The notes: generated by a model not told the origin, from the letters alone. Positions 12,253-25,673 are shown, counted from the first letter of the stretch. The stretch: 64,000 nucleotides of DNA from Octopus vulgaris (GCA_951406725.2 OX597814.1:125488001-125552000); one strand, 5' to 3'. Translations and numbers: made by a program.

Positions 12253-14140
12253 TTCTTTTATTCTTTTGCGCGTTTCAGCTCAAAGGCTTTGGTCATGCTT
12301 GAGGCACCACAAGTATTAATCAACTTTATAATGGCTATTCTTTTGTGATTGACTTTTGGTGAAGGAGGGAGTTTGATATTGCCGACCTCTTTTGAGTTTT
12401 TTGCCATGATGTAGCTTCATCTGAGACCTTCGACTGCAGAAGGTCAAGTTATTTCTTGAAAGCATCTCCTCTACCCATATAGATTTGTCAGACTTTTTGG
12501 AAAGATATTAAATAGCTGTGGGCCTTCAAATCCCAAGCTGTTACAGTACCTGGTCTTCACTCTAGACGAGATGGATATGACCTCTGGAAAAGCGCAATGA
12601 CATCCAGTTCGGGAGCTGGTATAACTCGATGCCAAAGTTTGGTGCCAAATCCTCTAAGACTTCAACATGCATATATTTCGTCTTCACTCCAGGAAGTGGA
12701 ATCGTTGCTCTTCAAGTCTCTCGCTGTAGTTCAGCTGTTCCATTGATGCAATCTTCTTGGTGTAGCACCGCTGAATTGCTTCAAACTCCGCTGTTAATTT
12801 GACACTGCAAGGTGACCACAGTGGGAGTGGTAGTCAGACGGCTGATGACAAATGTCCGCCATGGAACCAGCATAGTTTTCTGGTCCCTTGTTCTGCCAGT
12901 TCTCGGAATCCATCCGATCATAATGCCACCATGTTGGTCATATTTACATGAAACGAAGTGCCGTTGCTCGTATCAGTCCCAAGATCATGCACTGTGTTTG
13001 ACCATAAACTGCCGCTCCTTTTTGGTCCAAAATAACATTGTTGTGGAATGTTAGCGCAAGCTGACTAATAGCGTGCACTTAGAATTAAATTGCATGTTGT
13101 TTTCTTCAGCCCAGTTATATATGGCATCTGGGTCTTTCTGTAAAAGATTGATATCAACAGGTTTTTTGACTGCTTGAACTACTTTTGTATTGTTGGCACA
13201 GCTAGTAGGGCTGGTTTTGTAACTGATGGTATGTCCGAGAGAGCCACCATAAACAACAGCGACCCCAATACAGTTACAATCTCCTTGGAGAGGACTCTAC
13301 TGGCTGCTACGGCTTGGCTTCTGTCTTTTAAGAAATTATATAAACACTCTCCCAGTTTTCTGACAATGCCGAGTCACCGTAGCTTATGACATATCATTCA
13401 GGGTTCAAATTTATCAAATGCCTTTGCAAACTCGAGGAATATCTTACCCACGTTTGAGCGACTCATTTGTTGTTTGAACACTCAGTCATAATGCCGCAGA
13501 ATCTGTATAAGACATCTTTTTCCTAAGAGAAATCCACGCTGGTTACCAGGGAGCAAGTCGTTATATTCTAGGAACGTGATCAGCTTCCACTTGACAATGC
13601 GTTCCATGACTTTGCTGATGTATGTGGTTAGAAAAGCAGGACTATAATTTTTAACATTCGCTCTGTTACCTCTTTTTAGGATAGGACACATGCTAACCTT
13701 TAATTTCCTGGGAAGTCTGCCATTTGCAAGGAAGCTTTGGAAGATCTGTAGTACTCCTCCTAAAGCCCTTTGTATTTCTTTAGGAGGATTGCAGGGAATC
13801 CATCAGGGTCTGCGGTTGAGTCTAAGCTCATTTCATCAGTAGTTGATATTACATCAGCTTCATCTATTTCGATGTAATCCATTTGTGTAGAACTGTATTG
13901 CCAAACAACTCAGGCATCGCTATTTTCAAGTGTCCTAACGGAGTTGTGAAAAAACTTTCATGTTGCACATTCAGTATTTCACGTATCCTACAGGGGTCTG
14001 CAGTCAGTGAACTATTTTCTTCGAACAGTGGCTCTGTCTTGTACTGTACTGAAGCAGACTCTTTAGTAAGTCTATAGGAAGCTTTAAGGTTTGTCTTTAC
14101 AATTTTACAACCTTGGCTTCTTGGTCTGTCATCCTCTTGT
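12253..14140 (-). mobile_element. Degraded CR1/L2-group LINE (ORF2 RT remnant) with 3' tail
   Basis: PILKRGNRANVKNYSPAFLTTYISKVMERIV..QRGF. Colinear with the 56.7-58.4 kb copy. 3' end GTGGTGCCTCAAGCATGACC..GCTGAAAC..AAAAGAATAAAAGAA. Confidence 0.85.
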
Positions 14141-14422
14141 GATGGGAGTGCTTGAATTCACTTTCAATCGCTATTCGTTTGAGATATTAAGCCGAAACGT
14201 ACGTCCGTAGGTGACTTAATGTAGAATGATTATCGTCATTTCTTTCTCTTTTGCCTGCGTTGTTTGCCTTTTAAGTGCTATGGTTTTACTGGGATCTCCC
14301 TTTTAAGTAGAAAGAATAGCCAAAACTCTTTTGACTGCTATTTCTAAATTCGGTGTGTGGTGAGGTAAATCGTTGCTAAACCCTTAATTACTTAGTGTAC
14401 ATATATATATATATATATATAG

Positions 14423-14466
14423 TGGTTTTCACCCAGGTGACCCAGGTTCGATTCTGGGCATAGGAA
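14423..14466 (+). pseudogene. Truncated tRNA-Glu(TTC)-like fragment (3' half only)
   Basis: TGGTTTTCACCCAGGTGACCCAGGTTCGATTCTGGGCATAGGAA resembles the anticodon arm, T arm and acceptor 3' strand of eukaryotic tRNA-Glu. The 5' half is replaced by (TA)n. Confidence 0.55.
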
Positions 14467-14524
14467 CTTTTAATTTTCATTCGTGGTGTCCCAACACGAT
14501 TACAGGCTTAGGCTAAAACGTGTA

Positions 14525-14856
14525 TGGAGCACTGCCTTTAGTCGAACAAATCGACCCCAGGACTTACTCTTTGTAAGTCTAGTACTTAAGCTAAGGGATA
14601 TAAACACACTAACATCGGTTGTCAAGCGATAGTGGGGGGGGACAAACACAGACACACAAACATATACACACAAACACATACATATATATATATGACGGGC
14701 TTCTTTCAGTTTCCGTCTACCAAATCCGCTCACAAGTCTTTGGTGGGCCCGAGGCTTTATTAGAAGACACCTGCCCAAGGAGCTACGCAGTGGGACTGAA
14801 CCCGGAACCATGTGGTTGGTAAGCAAGCTTCTTACCATACAGCCTCTCCCGCGCCT
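14525..14856 (-). mobile_element. SINE family B (tRNA head, CORE-like segment, internal microsatellite)
   Basis: Reverse complement of the 20496-20947 copy. Confidence 0.9.
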
Positions 14857-17369
14857 AACTTTCTACCTTTCTTACCTTTCTATCCCATCTACTCTTCACA
14901 ATATTTTACACGGTTTCCTTAATTCTCTCTGCTATTCTGATTGTATACGTTGCTGAGCAGTGTGATCGAACCCAGGAGTGTGTGCTTGTGAATCTAACTC
15001 CGTATATTCATATTTATTATTCTTAACCTATGCTGTAGTCGTACTCCAGTAAGCGTTTACAATAATCTAGTAATTCTTTATAATTCAGTCATGTCTGCGC
15101 ACACAAGCAAATCCTAAAGATGCGTGACTAAAACGAAACAAGTTACCGTTATCTTCATTTTAATTCACCGAAAGTACTGTTGCCTAACAACTGGATATAA
15201 TTTTATTATGAGACTAAATATTCATTTATTAAACAAAAGCAAATGATTCTGCATGCGTATTTACTCATAATGCATGAAGTGTTGGTGCTCTAATAAATTT
15301 TGTCTGGTTGTTAATTTCGTAATATTACATAAATGCTAAGAGAAAAGGGCAAAGATAAGACTGCGCTGTACGTATCCCTTTACATACCTGAAGGTTTCCG
15401 GTCATAGCACTGATTTGTTGATGTTGCCGTGCCAATTTGATGCTGGTTGGACGCTTTGTCAGCGTTAATACTCATTTTTACTAGCTGAGTGAACTGGAGT
15501 AATGTGAAGTAAAGTACCTTGCCCAAGAACACAATGAAACTCACGGACTGAGAAGTGAACTATAATTAGAAGTGAACCATAATCAGAAATTTGAAAATAG
15601 ATTATAGAAAATAACAGTAGTACATAATAAGTTAGTATAATAAATAGAATAATACAAAAATTAGTTATATATTACAGTTGAATCTTCCTATAACAACGAA
15701 TTCACAGTAAAATTTGCTTGAGGTGTTGCCTAAGTTATAGCCAAGTCTTTACATTTTTAGTCTATTTTTTACATAATGAATTTGCCTACCATATATTCTA
15801 TTCTACTTTGCATAAGACTTTAGCTATACTGGTACTTCTGGTTCTCATTTTCAAGTATTCTAATGTGTCAATATTTTCAACAAAATGATGGTACTTTTTC
15901 TTAATTATAATGTTAATTTGTAAATTAAGATCAAATAATTTCTAATATTCAAATTTATCCTTAACTACAATATTCTAAGGGAAAATTTTCTTGTTCTGTA
16001 CTTTACCAGATGTAATAACTTGTCCTGAACTTTTCCAAGCGTAATAACTTGTCCTGTAATATTCCAGGTTTATAATCTTAAGAATATTATTTCTCTGGCT
16101 CGCATTTTCCCATGTAATCCCTGTTTTTCCAGGTTATGTTATTATGCTAATTAATAGTGTGTCAAATGTGTCAATCAGTGGTGTCGTTGATAATTTTTCC
16201 CAATGATGCTGGTGACATATATTAAAAGTCCCCTTATAGAAACATATTCATAAAAAAAAGTATAGAACTGTACTATCACCCTCAAATTTGAAAAACAAAC
16301 ACTCATAACTTTTTACTTTTAAAACTTCATTGCTTGACATTGATATCATGAAATTCCTCGAATTGAGCTCTATCATTCAAGCTTAATTAAAATATAGTTG
16401 GTTTTTAAGATAAACAATTTAATTATACTTCAATCCAATTTTTTGCCTTACAACTTTTTTGATACAAATTTTTGTTGCATGGGACCAAAACTATGAAATT
16501 CTTCAGGCTTTCTTCTATCACTGATGCTAAGATAAATATATTTTGCTTTTAAAATATAAAAAAAAAGTTATTTAGATTTAAACTTGATTGGAGGCGTTAC
16601 TTACTCTCTTATATAACATTTGTACAAATTTCCATGTAAACTTTTTTTCTAATGGACCAAATCTCAATTTTTTACGCCAAAATTTAGCTAGGGCCTAGTC
16701 CTCTTCAAAAATGTTAACAGTTTTCAATTTGGTTAAGAACTGAATTAGCAACAAGCTCTGAAAGATGCTGCGTGTGAGTAAATTGCGGCCTTAATATTAT
16801 TCAACTACTACCGTAGTTAAATGATATATATACATACACATACACGATCGTATATGTATAAAAATGTGCGAGTATTTCTCAAGTATTTTTTTTTTCTCTT
16901 TAACTTCATTCCTTATCAAAACTCTCTTCTTCGTTATTCCTATATTCACACATAACACAGAGAGTTCTATTTTTGGCGTTCATTAAAAGAAATGCATGTA
17001 AATTAGTGCCAGGTCAAAATGAATTCAGTCTCATGCCTTAACATTAGAATGTTCAGGAAATGTCACTGCTGGAGTGTTTTATACAGAGAATGACTTTCGA
17101 GATTGGCTGACGTCACAAACTACAGGATTCTACGAAAAGTAAACCATTATGCATTATAACTCACATGAAGCACTCTTATAGATTTAGCTTCTTCATTAAA
17201 CCCTAGTTACCACACACGAACATGGACGCAAAAACACAAACGCAACAGATTTTACACGTATTCACCCATAATGTATATCTAGAACTTTTTTTTTTGCATA
17301 AATATCATACACTCAGGCATTCATACATGCGTACACATATACATATATACATACATATGTGTGTGTGGG

Positions 17370-17413
<44 letters not shown>

Positions 17414-17475
17414 GATATATATATGCAGAGAAAGAGACATACATACATACATACATACATACATACATACATACA

Positions 17476-17507
<32 letters not shown>

Positions 17508-17521
17508 GACATACATACAAG

Positions 17522-18080
17522 TAGCTAGGACACTCTATAAGGAAATCCGTTGGAAGTACATCCCCGGGGACAAAGAAATAAGAACCCACAATATGGTAGA
17601 AGCCATAGCCCCTCATAATAAAAAGGAGTACTGGTGAAATGTCCCAGTGAAAACCTCAATAAAATGTAAACACAATAGACCTGATATAATGATTTGGGTT
17701 ACAGAAGAGAAACTGTACAGTTGTGGAAATCTGTTGTTCAGCGGATTTTAACATAAAGCTGAAGATAAGTGAAAAGGAGAATACCTACGCTGAATTATTG
17801 AGAAATCTGCAGTTACTCTATCCAGATTACAAGTCCAGGCTTATACCTGTAATGATTGGGCCCTGGGATACGTAACAGACTGCCTAAATACCAATCTCGA
17901 GAAATTAGGCATCTCAAAACAGGTTGGAGAAAGCAAATTCGAAGACTACAGATGCAATCCATCACTGGAACTGTAAAAATCTGTAAAACCTTCCAGAAGT
18001 TTATCATTCAAATATATATGAGCATGTCTAGATAAGCAACAATATGCATGAGAATACATAAAACAAAACATAAATCTACA
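17522..18080 (+). mobile_element. R4/Dong-like non-LTR retrotransposon 3' end (restriction-like endonuclease domain)
   Basis: Frameshifted translation KEYW*NVPVKTSIKCKHNRPDIMIW..VVEI..KISEKENTYAELLRNLQLLYPDYK..IPVMIG..SITGTVKICKTFQKF (RPD..E motif). Flanked on both sides by (TACA)n. Confidence 0.8.
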
Positions 18081-18120
18081 CATATACATACATACATACA
18101 TACATACATACATACATACA

Positions 18121-18487
18121 GCACGAAACTCGATTCCGTCGGTAACGAATGACCATGGGTGCATCTAAGAGGTTCCCCTCCGCGGTACAATTCTGGGCGG
18201 TGTCACCTCACCGGTGAACGCACAACCTAGGGTTGTTTTTTATGGAAGACTAGCAGTTGCCCATGCATACCAGCCTCCCCTCTCTATGCCACTGATTTTA
18301 TCCAAGGGAAAGGCAAAGCCGATACTGCTTGGCAGCCAATGACTTCGCAACTCATTTCTACAGCTGCGTGAACTGCGGCAACATGAAATAAAGTGTCTTG
18401 CTCAAGAACACACCACGCAGCTCGGTCCAGGAATTGAACTAGCAACCACACGATCGTAAACTCGACGTTCTAACCACTGAGCCATGC
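18121..18487 (-). mobile_element. SINE family F (tRNA-derived head)
   Basis: Minus strand has A box TGGCTCAGTGG and B box AGTTCAATTCC, then GTGTTCTTGAGCAAGACACTT, shared with the 49764 copy. Confidence 0.8.
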
Positions 18488-18736
18488 ATACATACATACA
18501 TACAGACAGACAGACATACATACATACATACATACATACATACATACATACATACATACATACATACATACATACATACATACATACATACAAAAATACC
18601 TTCTTCCTTGATGTTTAAATTCCAATGAAGGGACCTTGGATCTAGATTAGAAATCGATTCTTTCTCTATTGGCAAGAAATCTTGAAATAAAACTGAATAA
18701 TGACATACGTATGTACGTACTTATGTATACACGTAT

Positions 18737-18966
18737 GTTCTATTTCTCTTTTTTACTTAAAGTAGATTGTGAGCGACCACCTGCTTGGTAGCAAGGCTGT
18801 GAAGAAAAGTATCTTGCTTTAACCATCATTTTTTAAAACTTAAGAAGGTCTTGCAGGTTTTTATTGTCCAGATATCGTGATTATTTGCAATGTATAGGTT
18901 AAGGATTTGCGTTTTTCCCCAAGATCCTATCCTAAGTTCAGCCATACTTTGCTCTAGAAGGGTCGG
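18737..18966 (-). mobile_element. Second R4/Dong-like 3' end fragment
   Basis: Minus-strand translation ends ..TIKTCKTFLSFKK*, homologous to TVKICKTFQKF at 17.98 kb. Lies in TACA/TGTA repeats. Confidence 0.6.
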
Positions 18967-19059
18967 TATGTACATATGTATGTACGAATGTATGTATGTA
19001 TGTATGTATGTATGTATGTATGTATGTATGTATGTTTGTATGTAGGTATGTATGTATGT

Positions 19060-19328
19060 ATTCTGCCTATATGTCTGTGCACACCTTTGAATGCAGTGTA
19101 TGCCAGAAGGTTTGCAAATCCAACGGAGGCCCCAAAAGATATTTTAAGATCCACAAAAAGCAGAACTTATCTGCAGCGCTTGGTGGTCCAAATCGGAGGT
19201 GCAATCTATGTGGGTGTCTTTTCAGAACATTGTCTGGTTTAAAAAGCCACATCAGATGCCATGATGGTGCTAAGGTGTAGGTACAGGAGGTGGTCAAACT
19301 CTGCATAAAGAGTAGACAACCACCACCA
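19060..19328 (+). mobile_element. RTE-clade LINE 3' end with two C2H2-like zinc fingers
   Basis: FECSVCQKVCKSNGGPKRYFKIH and CNLCGCLFRTLSGLKSHIRCH, then a stop, a short 3' UTR with stem ACTC..GAGT and a (CAC)n tail. Confidence 0.7.
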
Positions 19329-19357
19329 TGTATGTATGTATGTATGTATGTATGTAT

Positions 19358-19552
19358 AAGCACAGGTGTGGCTGTGTGGTAACAAGTTTGCTTTCCAACC
19401 ACATGGTACTGGGTTCAGTCCCACTGCATGGGACCTTGGGTAAGTGGTTTCTGCTGTAGCCTTGAATCAACCAAAGCCTTGTGAGTGAATTTGGTAGACG
19501 GAAACTGAAAGAAGCCTGTCGTATGTGTGTGTTTGTTTGTTTGTGTGTGTGT
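19358..19552 (+). mobile_element. SINE family B, 5' half
   Basis: Matches the family B head up to the internal microsatellite. Confidence 0.85.
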
Positions 19553-19607
19553 TGCAAAAATAACAAGAATAGAATGCTTTAAGAATTGCACCACGGAAGC
19601 AAGTAAG

Positions 19608-20490
19608 TACGAAGCGGTACCCAAAAGTAACCGGAAGCGTTCTCTGTGGGACAAGCCCTTTGTAGTTCGGGCTTTCGCCGCTAGAAGCCACTTGATGCAA
19701 CCTTCAGACATCAGTCTGCCAGCCGGCGTCGTCATGTAAGGTCTTCCACGTTGTGTGTCTTTGTTAGCCAGTGCTTCTCCTGTGTTCGTCGATTTTTGCG
19801 ATAGCTGAAACGAAGGAACAGAAAGCTTCCGTAAAATTCTGTTTTCTGCTGGGGGAAAACAGCAGCCAAAAACAGTTGTCATGCTTCAAACAGTTTAAGA
19901 GGGCGCTGCCATGAGCAAAATACAGTTTACGAGTAGTTTTCACGCTTAGGAATGGTCATTTATCACTTGGAAACCAACCTGGTTCAGAACAACCGTCGAC
20001 CTCCTGAACGAATGAAAGCACCGTCAAAATTCATGAACTGATCTTCAAGGACCGTCTCTGAACAATTGACGTACTTGTTGATATGACTGGTGTGTTCTGG
20101 AGCTCCCGCCAACAAATTTTGAGCGAGGAATTGCAAATGGAAAGTGTTGCAGCAAAATTTGTGCCTCGCTTGGTCACAGAAAATCAAAAACAGTCACGAC
20201 TGAATGCGTGTCGTGAAGTGAAAGAACAGTTGGAATTTGATCCGGACCTTTTTTCGAAGATCATCACTGGTGATGAAAGCTGGTGCTAAGGAATTTGCAG
20301 ATGTGGAAGAGGTGAAGAAAAAGACGATGAAAGCGTTAAAAGCACCACTTTGCAAGAGTCTGAGGATTGCTTCGAACAGTGGAAAACGCTTCTGGACCAA
20401 TGCATTGCTTCAAATGAAGAATACTTTGAAGGCAATAAAAGTGCAAACATGTAAAACTAAGTCAACAAAATGAAATTGAAAAATTCCAAC
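19608..20490 (+). mobile_element. Internally deleted mariner element
   Basis: TACGAAGCGGTACCCAAAAG terminus. EQKASVKFCFLLG, VAAKFVPRLVT and IITGDESWC are joined directly to C-terminal EFADVEEVKKK..QCIASNEEYFEG. Confidence 0.85.
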
Positions 20491-20495
20491 TCTAT

Positions 20496-20668
20496 AGGGG
20501 CAGGAGTGGCTGTGTGGTAAGTAGCTTGCTTACTAACCACATGGTTCCGGGTTCAGTCCCACTGCGTGGCACCTTGGGCAAGTGTCTTCTACTATAGTTT
20601 CGAGCCGACCAAAACCTTGTGAGTGGATTTGGTAGACGGAAACTGAAAGAAGCCCGTCGTATATATAC

Positions 20669-20721
<53 letters not shown>

Positions 20722-20947
20722 CGTGCGTGCGTGTTTGTGTGTCTGTGTTTGTCCCCCGAACATCGCTTGACAACCGATGCTGGTGTGTTTACGTCCCCGT
20801 AACTTAGCGGTTCGGCAAAATAGACCGATAGAATAAGTACTGGACTTACAAGGAATAAGTCCTGGGGTCGATTTGCTCGACTAAAGGCGGTGCTTCAGCA
20901 TGACCCAAGTCAAATGACTGAAACAAGTAAAAGAGTTAAAGAGTAAG
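20496..20947 (+). mobile_element. SINE family B, full length
   Basis: A box TGGCTGTGTGG, B box GGTTCAGTCCC, CORE-like ACCTTGGGCAAGTG, internal (TA)n(TG)n, 3' tail GGCGGTGC..CAGCATG..CTGAAACAAGTAAAAGA. More than 12 copies in the window. Confidence 0.92.
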
Positions 20948-21251
20948 AAGCTATTAGTTTCCATCGCTTTAAGAAAACGATCTAGTCATGCTGAAAGAAA
21001 AATGAAAAATCATATTGAAATAAACTAAATGAAATTTATCTTTTCTAATATCAGATTAATATAATCTAATTTAGTTCCGTATAGGTTTCCCTTTACTTCA
21101 ACATAACTAGATCGTCATATTAAAACAAAGAAAACCGGTTACTGCTTAGTTGAAAATTCAAATACTGTCTTACCGTCTCAGTTTTCTCCGAGATAAATTT
21201 GTCGATGCATTTTCTTCTACTTGTGTGAACTATCTTAACTTCACGCGCGCA

Positions 21252-21279
21252 CATACACACACACACAACACAACACACA

Positions 21280-21315
<36 letters not shown>

Positions 21316-21386
21316 ACACAACACAACACACAACACACACACAACACACATACAACACACAGACACATAGAAATAGACAGACAGAC

Positions 21387-21478
<92 letters not shown>
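21252..21478. repeat. (CA)n plus (GATA)n microsatellites
   Basis: Directly visible. Confidence 0.95.
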
Positions 21479-21951
21479 TTTCAAATTCAGATTGGTTCTT
21501 TCTATGCGTAAAATTTCAAAAAGATTGACATCCGCTGTAATCAAATGTTGACAAAAATTAATATATATGTATTAGAACTTTTTAAAATTAATGCTTCTCT
21601 CTGTGCCATTCTACAGGATTATTCTTCTCTGACATTTTCTTTCTCTCATGAGAACGCTATTTATACTAACAATGTCTACATCTAAAATCCTGATATTGGT
21701 TTTCATTCATGCAGGACTTGAAACAAGGAATAATTTCACCAAACCATCGTCTCGGTATAACCCTCCATTGTTGATCTCTGAGAATCGCATTTCATTCAGG
21801 ATACATAGGCCAATGATTCTGAATGTTTCAGTTACGTCGTAGGCATCCATAGGCACATCAAACAGGGAAGACACACAGACATACGCACACCTTCATACAC
21901 ACGCACACATACGAACACACACGTGAGTGTCACTAATACACAAACATATAG

Positions 21952-22332
21952 TCTTTTATTCTTTTATTTGTTTCAGTCATTTGACTGTGACCATGCTGGA
22001 GCACCACCTTTTGTCGAGCAAATCGAACCCAGGACTTATTCTTTGTAAGCCTAGTACTTATTCTATCGGTCTCTTTTGACGAACCGCTAAGTTACGGGGA
22101 CGTAAACACACCAACATCGGTTGCCGAGCGATGTTTGGGGGGGGGCATAAACAAAGACACACACGTACATATACGACGGGCTTCCTTCAGTTTCCGTCTA
22201 CCAAATCCACTCACTAGGCATTGGTCGGCCCGCGGCTATAGTAGAAGACACTTGCTCAAGGTGCCACGCAGCGGGACTGAACCCGGAACCATGTGGTTGG
22301 TCAGCAAGCTACTTACCACACAGCCACTCCCA
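21952..22332 (-). mobile_element. SINE family B, near full length
   Basis: Reverse complement of family B. Confidence 0.9.
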
Positions 22333-22519
22333 TGTGTATGTATATGTGCATATATGTATGTGTGAGTGTGTATGTGTGTGTATGTGCGTATACATAGACA
22401 TATGAGAATATATGTGTAAGTGTGTGTATAATGATAAAATATTAAAAGCAGAGTAAAAATACTAATGAGTCATTAATTAACACTTACAAATAAAATAGTC
22501 GAGTCCAGATTGCTCCATA

Positions 22520-23810
22520 TTTATTTTAAAACTCTAATTTATTTTTCTTTTATTTTGCGCAATGTCAGTAACTTTCTCTTTGAACTTTGGGTGACTGCTC
22601 AAGAAAATTTTCACCGTTGAAATCATTGCAAGTGCATTTCACCTTCCCCGGTTCATTGTAGCCCTCAGAAGATTTTTTTTTTCTTTTTTAATGTAGAACC
22701 GTTCAGGTTCTAATGTAGTCATAGAACTTTTCAAGTGGATGTTTATCAGTTTCATAATTTCACCATGAACATAATCTAAATTATTTTCTAAGATAAATCT
22801 CAGAGGGTCAGTTAACCTGCAATATTCACGCTTATCGGATCTACTGTAGAATAATCTAAGTTCAGCTTCAAGTTCTGTTGGTTTGTTTTTTGTTCTTTTG
22901 TATTTTTCTCTTTGTCAATCAAGGGACATGCTTCAGTGGTTAATCCAACCTCCTCTATAAGCAGTTTATTCTTAAAACTAGTGAAGCTTTTCTTGTTGAA
23001 TAATTCAGCAGCTGCTAATTGTTTAGTGAAGGAATATCTCTCCACTATATCAACACATACTCAACCGCATACTTCCTTTGCTTCTTTGACTTTCGATGTT
23101 TGTTTTTTTCTGTTGTTTTCTTTCTTTTTCAATGTCTCTAAAACCGTCTTTTGTCCACGCTCCATTATATACTCCAAACAACAAATATGGAAAAGCCAAA
23201 TGCATTTTTGCTTCACAACCATAACGCTAACGATGTTTTTTTTCTTTTTTTTTATTTCATTCTGAATCAAAGCTACGAAATGTCGTCTGCTTCTGATAAG
23301 TTTCTTTTTAAATCCAATGCGTTCATAAAAGATATTATCTCCGGACGAATACCGCAGTTAACTTGCTTTATCGCGCAATATTTACCTTAATTATGATACT
23401 CACATGGCTATTATACTCCCTTTTGCTGCCTATTCCTAGCTGAGGTATTTTGAGTATCAGTGGTCATAGATGGATTCTGGTTTTGATGGCTACTTTCTCC
23501 TGAAGAGACAACTACAAAAAATGAAGTCCGCCCAATATCACCGGACTTGTTTCGTGGGGAGGCATAAAAGTCATGATTATTAATTCAAATTATTCTATAA
23601 GTATATTATACCATTTGCAATGTATTGTGTGTATGTGTGTGTGTGTGTTATACATGTCTCGGTTAAAAATAGGAGAATTACAGTTCCACAGTGCCCACAG
23701 ACGAACCGCCACAAGAACGCACAAAATGTGTTATATTCATTTTCGTTTATTTCTAAGCAGTACAATCTATTACGATATATCAAAATATTTCTTCATACTT
23801 CTGCGACCTG
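22520..23810 (-). mobile_element. Highly degraded hAT-superfamily transposase remnant
   Basis: Minus-strand fragments SMTTLEPER and TMNRGR*NALAMISTVKIFLSSHPKFKEKVTDIAQNKR resemble the hAT C-terminal dimerisation domain. IQNEI motif upstream. Confidence 0.6.
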
Positions 23811-24744
23811 ATAACTGTTGTGGTTCCACTCTGTAGATAATCTATTTCGGGGAAATTTTTTTTCCTATCATTTCGTACTTATTTATTCTATAAATTGGTC
23901 AAATAATGCTTGAAATAGTTGCCTAAAGTATTAGATTCTTCCTAAGTTGATTATTTAACCGTTTTGGTAAAAAAAAAAATAATAATCTAAAAGCATGGAC
24001 CGCTACAACTAAACCAGAAGCTATAACTATACCGTGGAGATATAACTGTGACCATTGCACAAACACTGTAACTGGTTACGAATTTATATCAAAATTTAAG
24101 GGAAGTTTTACTATTTACTTAGAGAAGTCACTAAGTGAAAGTTTAAATGTGACACGAGTGGATAGAAAACCTACAGATTTGATGTTATCAATGATCGATA
24201 AAGTTACCCAAGAAAACCAAGTACGAAATGTAGCTCCCAATTGAATTGTCGTATTGTGCCGTGTTGCAATTAATATTCACTAGCAGATAGTAACTGAGAT
24301 CGATCGATATGTTAAGAACATACAACCAAAATAGATCACCTCTTTCTCTCTCTCTCTCTCTCTCACTCTCTCTCTCTCTCTCTCTCTCCCTTTCTTTCTC
24401 TCTCTTCCTCTCGCGCTCTCTCACTTTCTCTTCGTCTCCCTTCCTCAAAAGAAAAAACTCAAGAATATACAGAAAAATTCCAAAATTTAGAGACTGTCAT
24501 TAGTTGCAAAGTGAATAGGGGCTGACGAAAAAGTTGAAATTTTATCATATGCTGTCCAAAATCTCTGGGAACTACCAATGAGAGACACTAACTGATAAAA
24601 TAATGCCCTTAAACAGGGACAACGGGCGGTATATCGAGAGCTTTCTTATAGTGGGAAATTACAATAATGATAGACTATAAACTATAAGTTTACGTTAAAC
24701 CCAGAAACTGTATATCGCAGCATGAAAAAATAGAGAACCAAGAT

Positions 24745-24973
24745 TGTAAAATGCTCCTTTTCACAATAATCCAATATCTATGACTGACTTCATGCCAACC
24801 AGTATCGTGGCCTTTTGCTGGATGGAATCTACTATATCTTTGTGTATGTAGCAGCACCGTTTCAGACGAGCGACCAATGCTACTTTGTGAATAGAAAAAA
24901 AATCTTGCTTTTGAGAGATTGTCTCTAAGATTGCTGTGTGTCTACATATCTCTTTGGTAAACCTTACAAACAA
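24745..24973 (-). mobile_element. Possible LINE (L2/Crack-like) ORF2 C-terminal fragment
   Basis: NGAATYTKI*DSIQQKATILVGMKS resembles the post-RT segment (LDRIQRKA.RLIG). Weak match. Confidence 0.4.
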
Positions 24974-25354
24974 AACTATCTATCTATCTATCTATCTATC
25001 TATACACACACATATATATGGTTGTATATATAAGTACCATATTTTTAAATGCCTACATCATTATATCGACAACTATAGGCAATAAAAATAAAAATAACTA
25101 CTTTTGTCCATAGGCTGAAACAGCTGTAAGAAGTGATTTTAATGATTTCAATAATTTATATTGACTTTTATAACTTGTATTCTTATCTTATATGTATTGA
25201 ATTATAAGATATATATGTATGATATTGAGGTTCTCAATATTTTGTTGAATGAATAAATAATCCAACATTCTAATATCCGAAAGTTGATGAACAAACTAAA
25301 TTTGTTTCTCCATTTTCTATTTGTATTATATAAATATATATATATATATATATA

Positions 25355-25612
25355 TTGTTGGCATCCTTTTTTGTCTCGGGAGACAATGGAGTTGCACATA
25401 AAATAATCTAGTCCGGCTTTTACATTTCATGTCCTAATACATCTCCTGTTGTGACTGTGTAGTCCTATTCTGGACAAACACTCCCTCTGGCAGGTGCCGC
25501 AAATGTAGCGAAGACTTTGCCTGGCTGGTTGTAATGTCATAGTTTCTTGCTGACATCTTTTCTTGTCTTTCCATTTGTCCTCTCTCCCTCTGTCACTCCT
25601 TTGTGTTCCCTC
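25355..25612 (-). mobile_element. RTE-clade LINE 3' end
   Basis: Minus-strand YICGTCQRECLSRIGLHSHNRRC zinc-finger motif, followed by tail CCATTGTCTCCCGAGACAAAAAAGGATGCCAACAA. Confidence 0.8.
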
Positions 25613-25618
25613 TTTTAC

Positions 25619-25667
<49 letters not shown>

Positions 25668-25673
<6 letters not shown>

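Noticed and set aside
15880-16795. Possible DNA-transposon remnant ending CC-TTAA, with a 29-bp x3 internal repeat
   Set aside because: No matching second terminus or coding remnant found.
18996-19280. Host C2H2 zinc-finger gene exon
   Set aside because: No TGEKP linkers, first finger defective, and followed by an RTE-like tail. Better explained as a LINE 3' end.
25046-25134. Complete hammerhead
   Set aside because: Only GCCTA/TAGGC and GAAACAGCTGTA are present. The CUGANGA segment is unrecognisable, so it is counted only as a partial relic.
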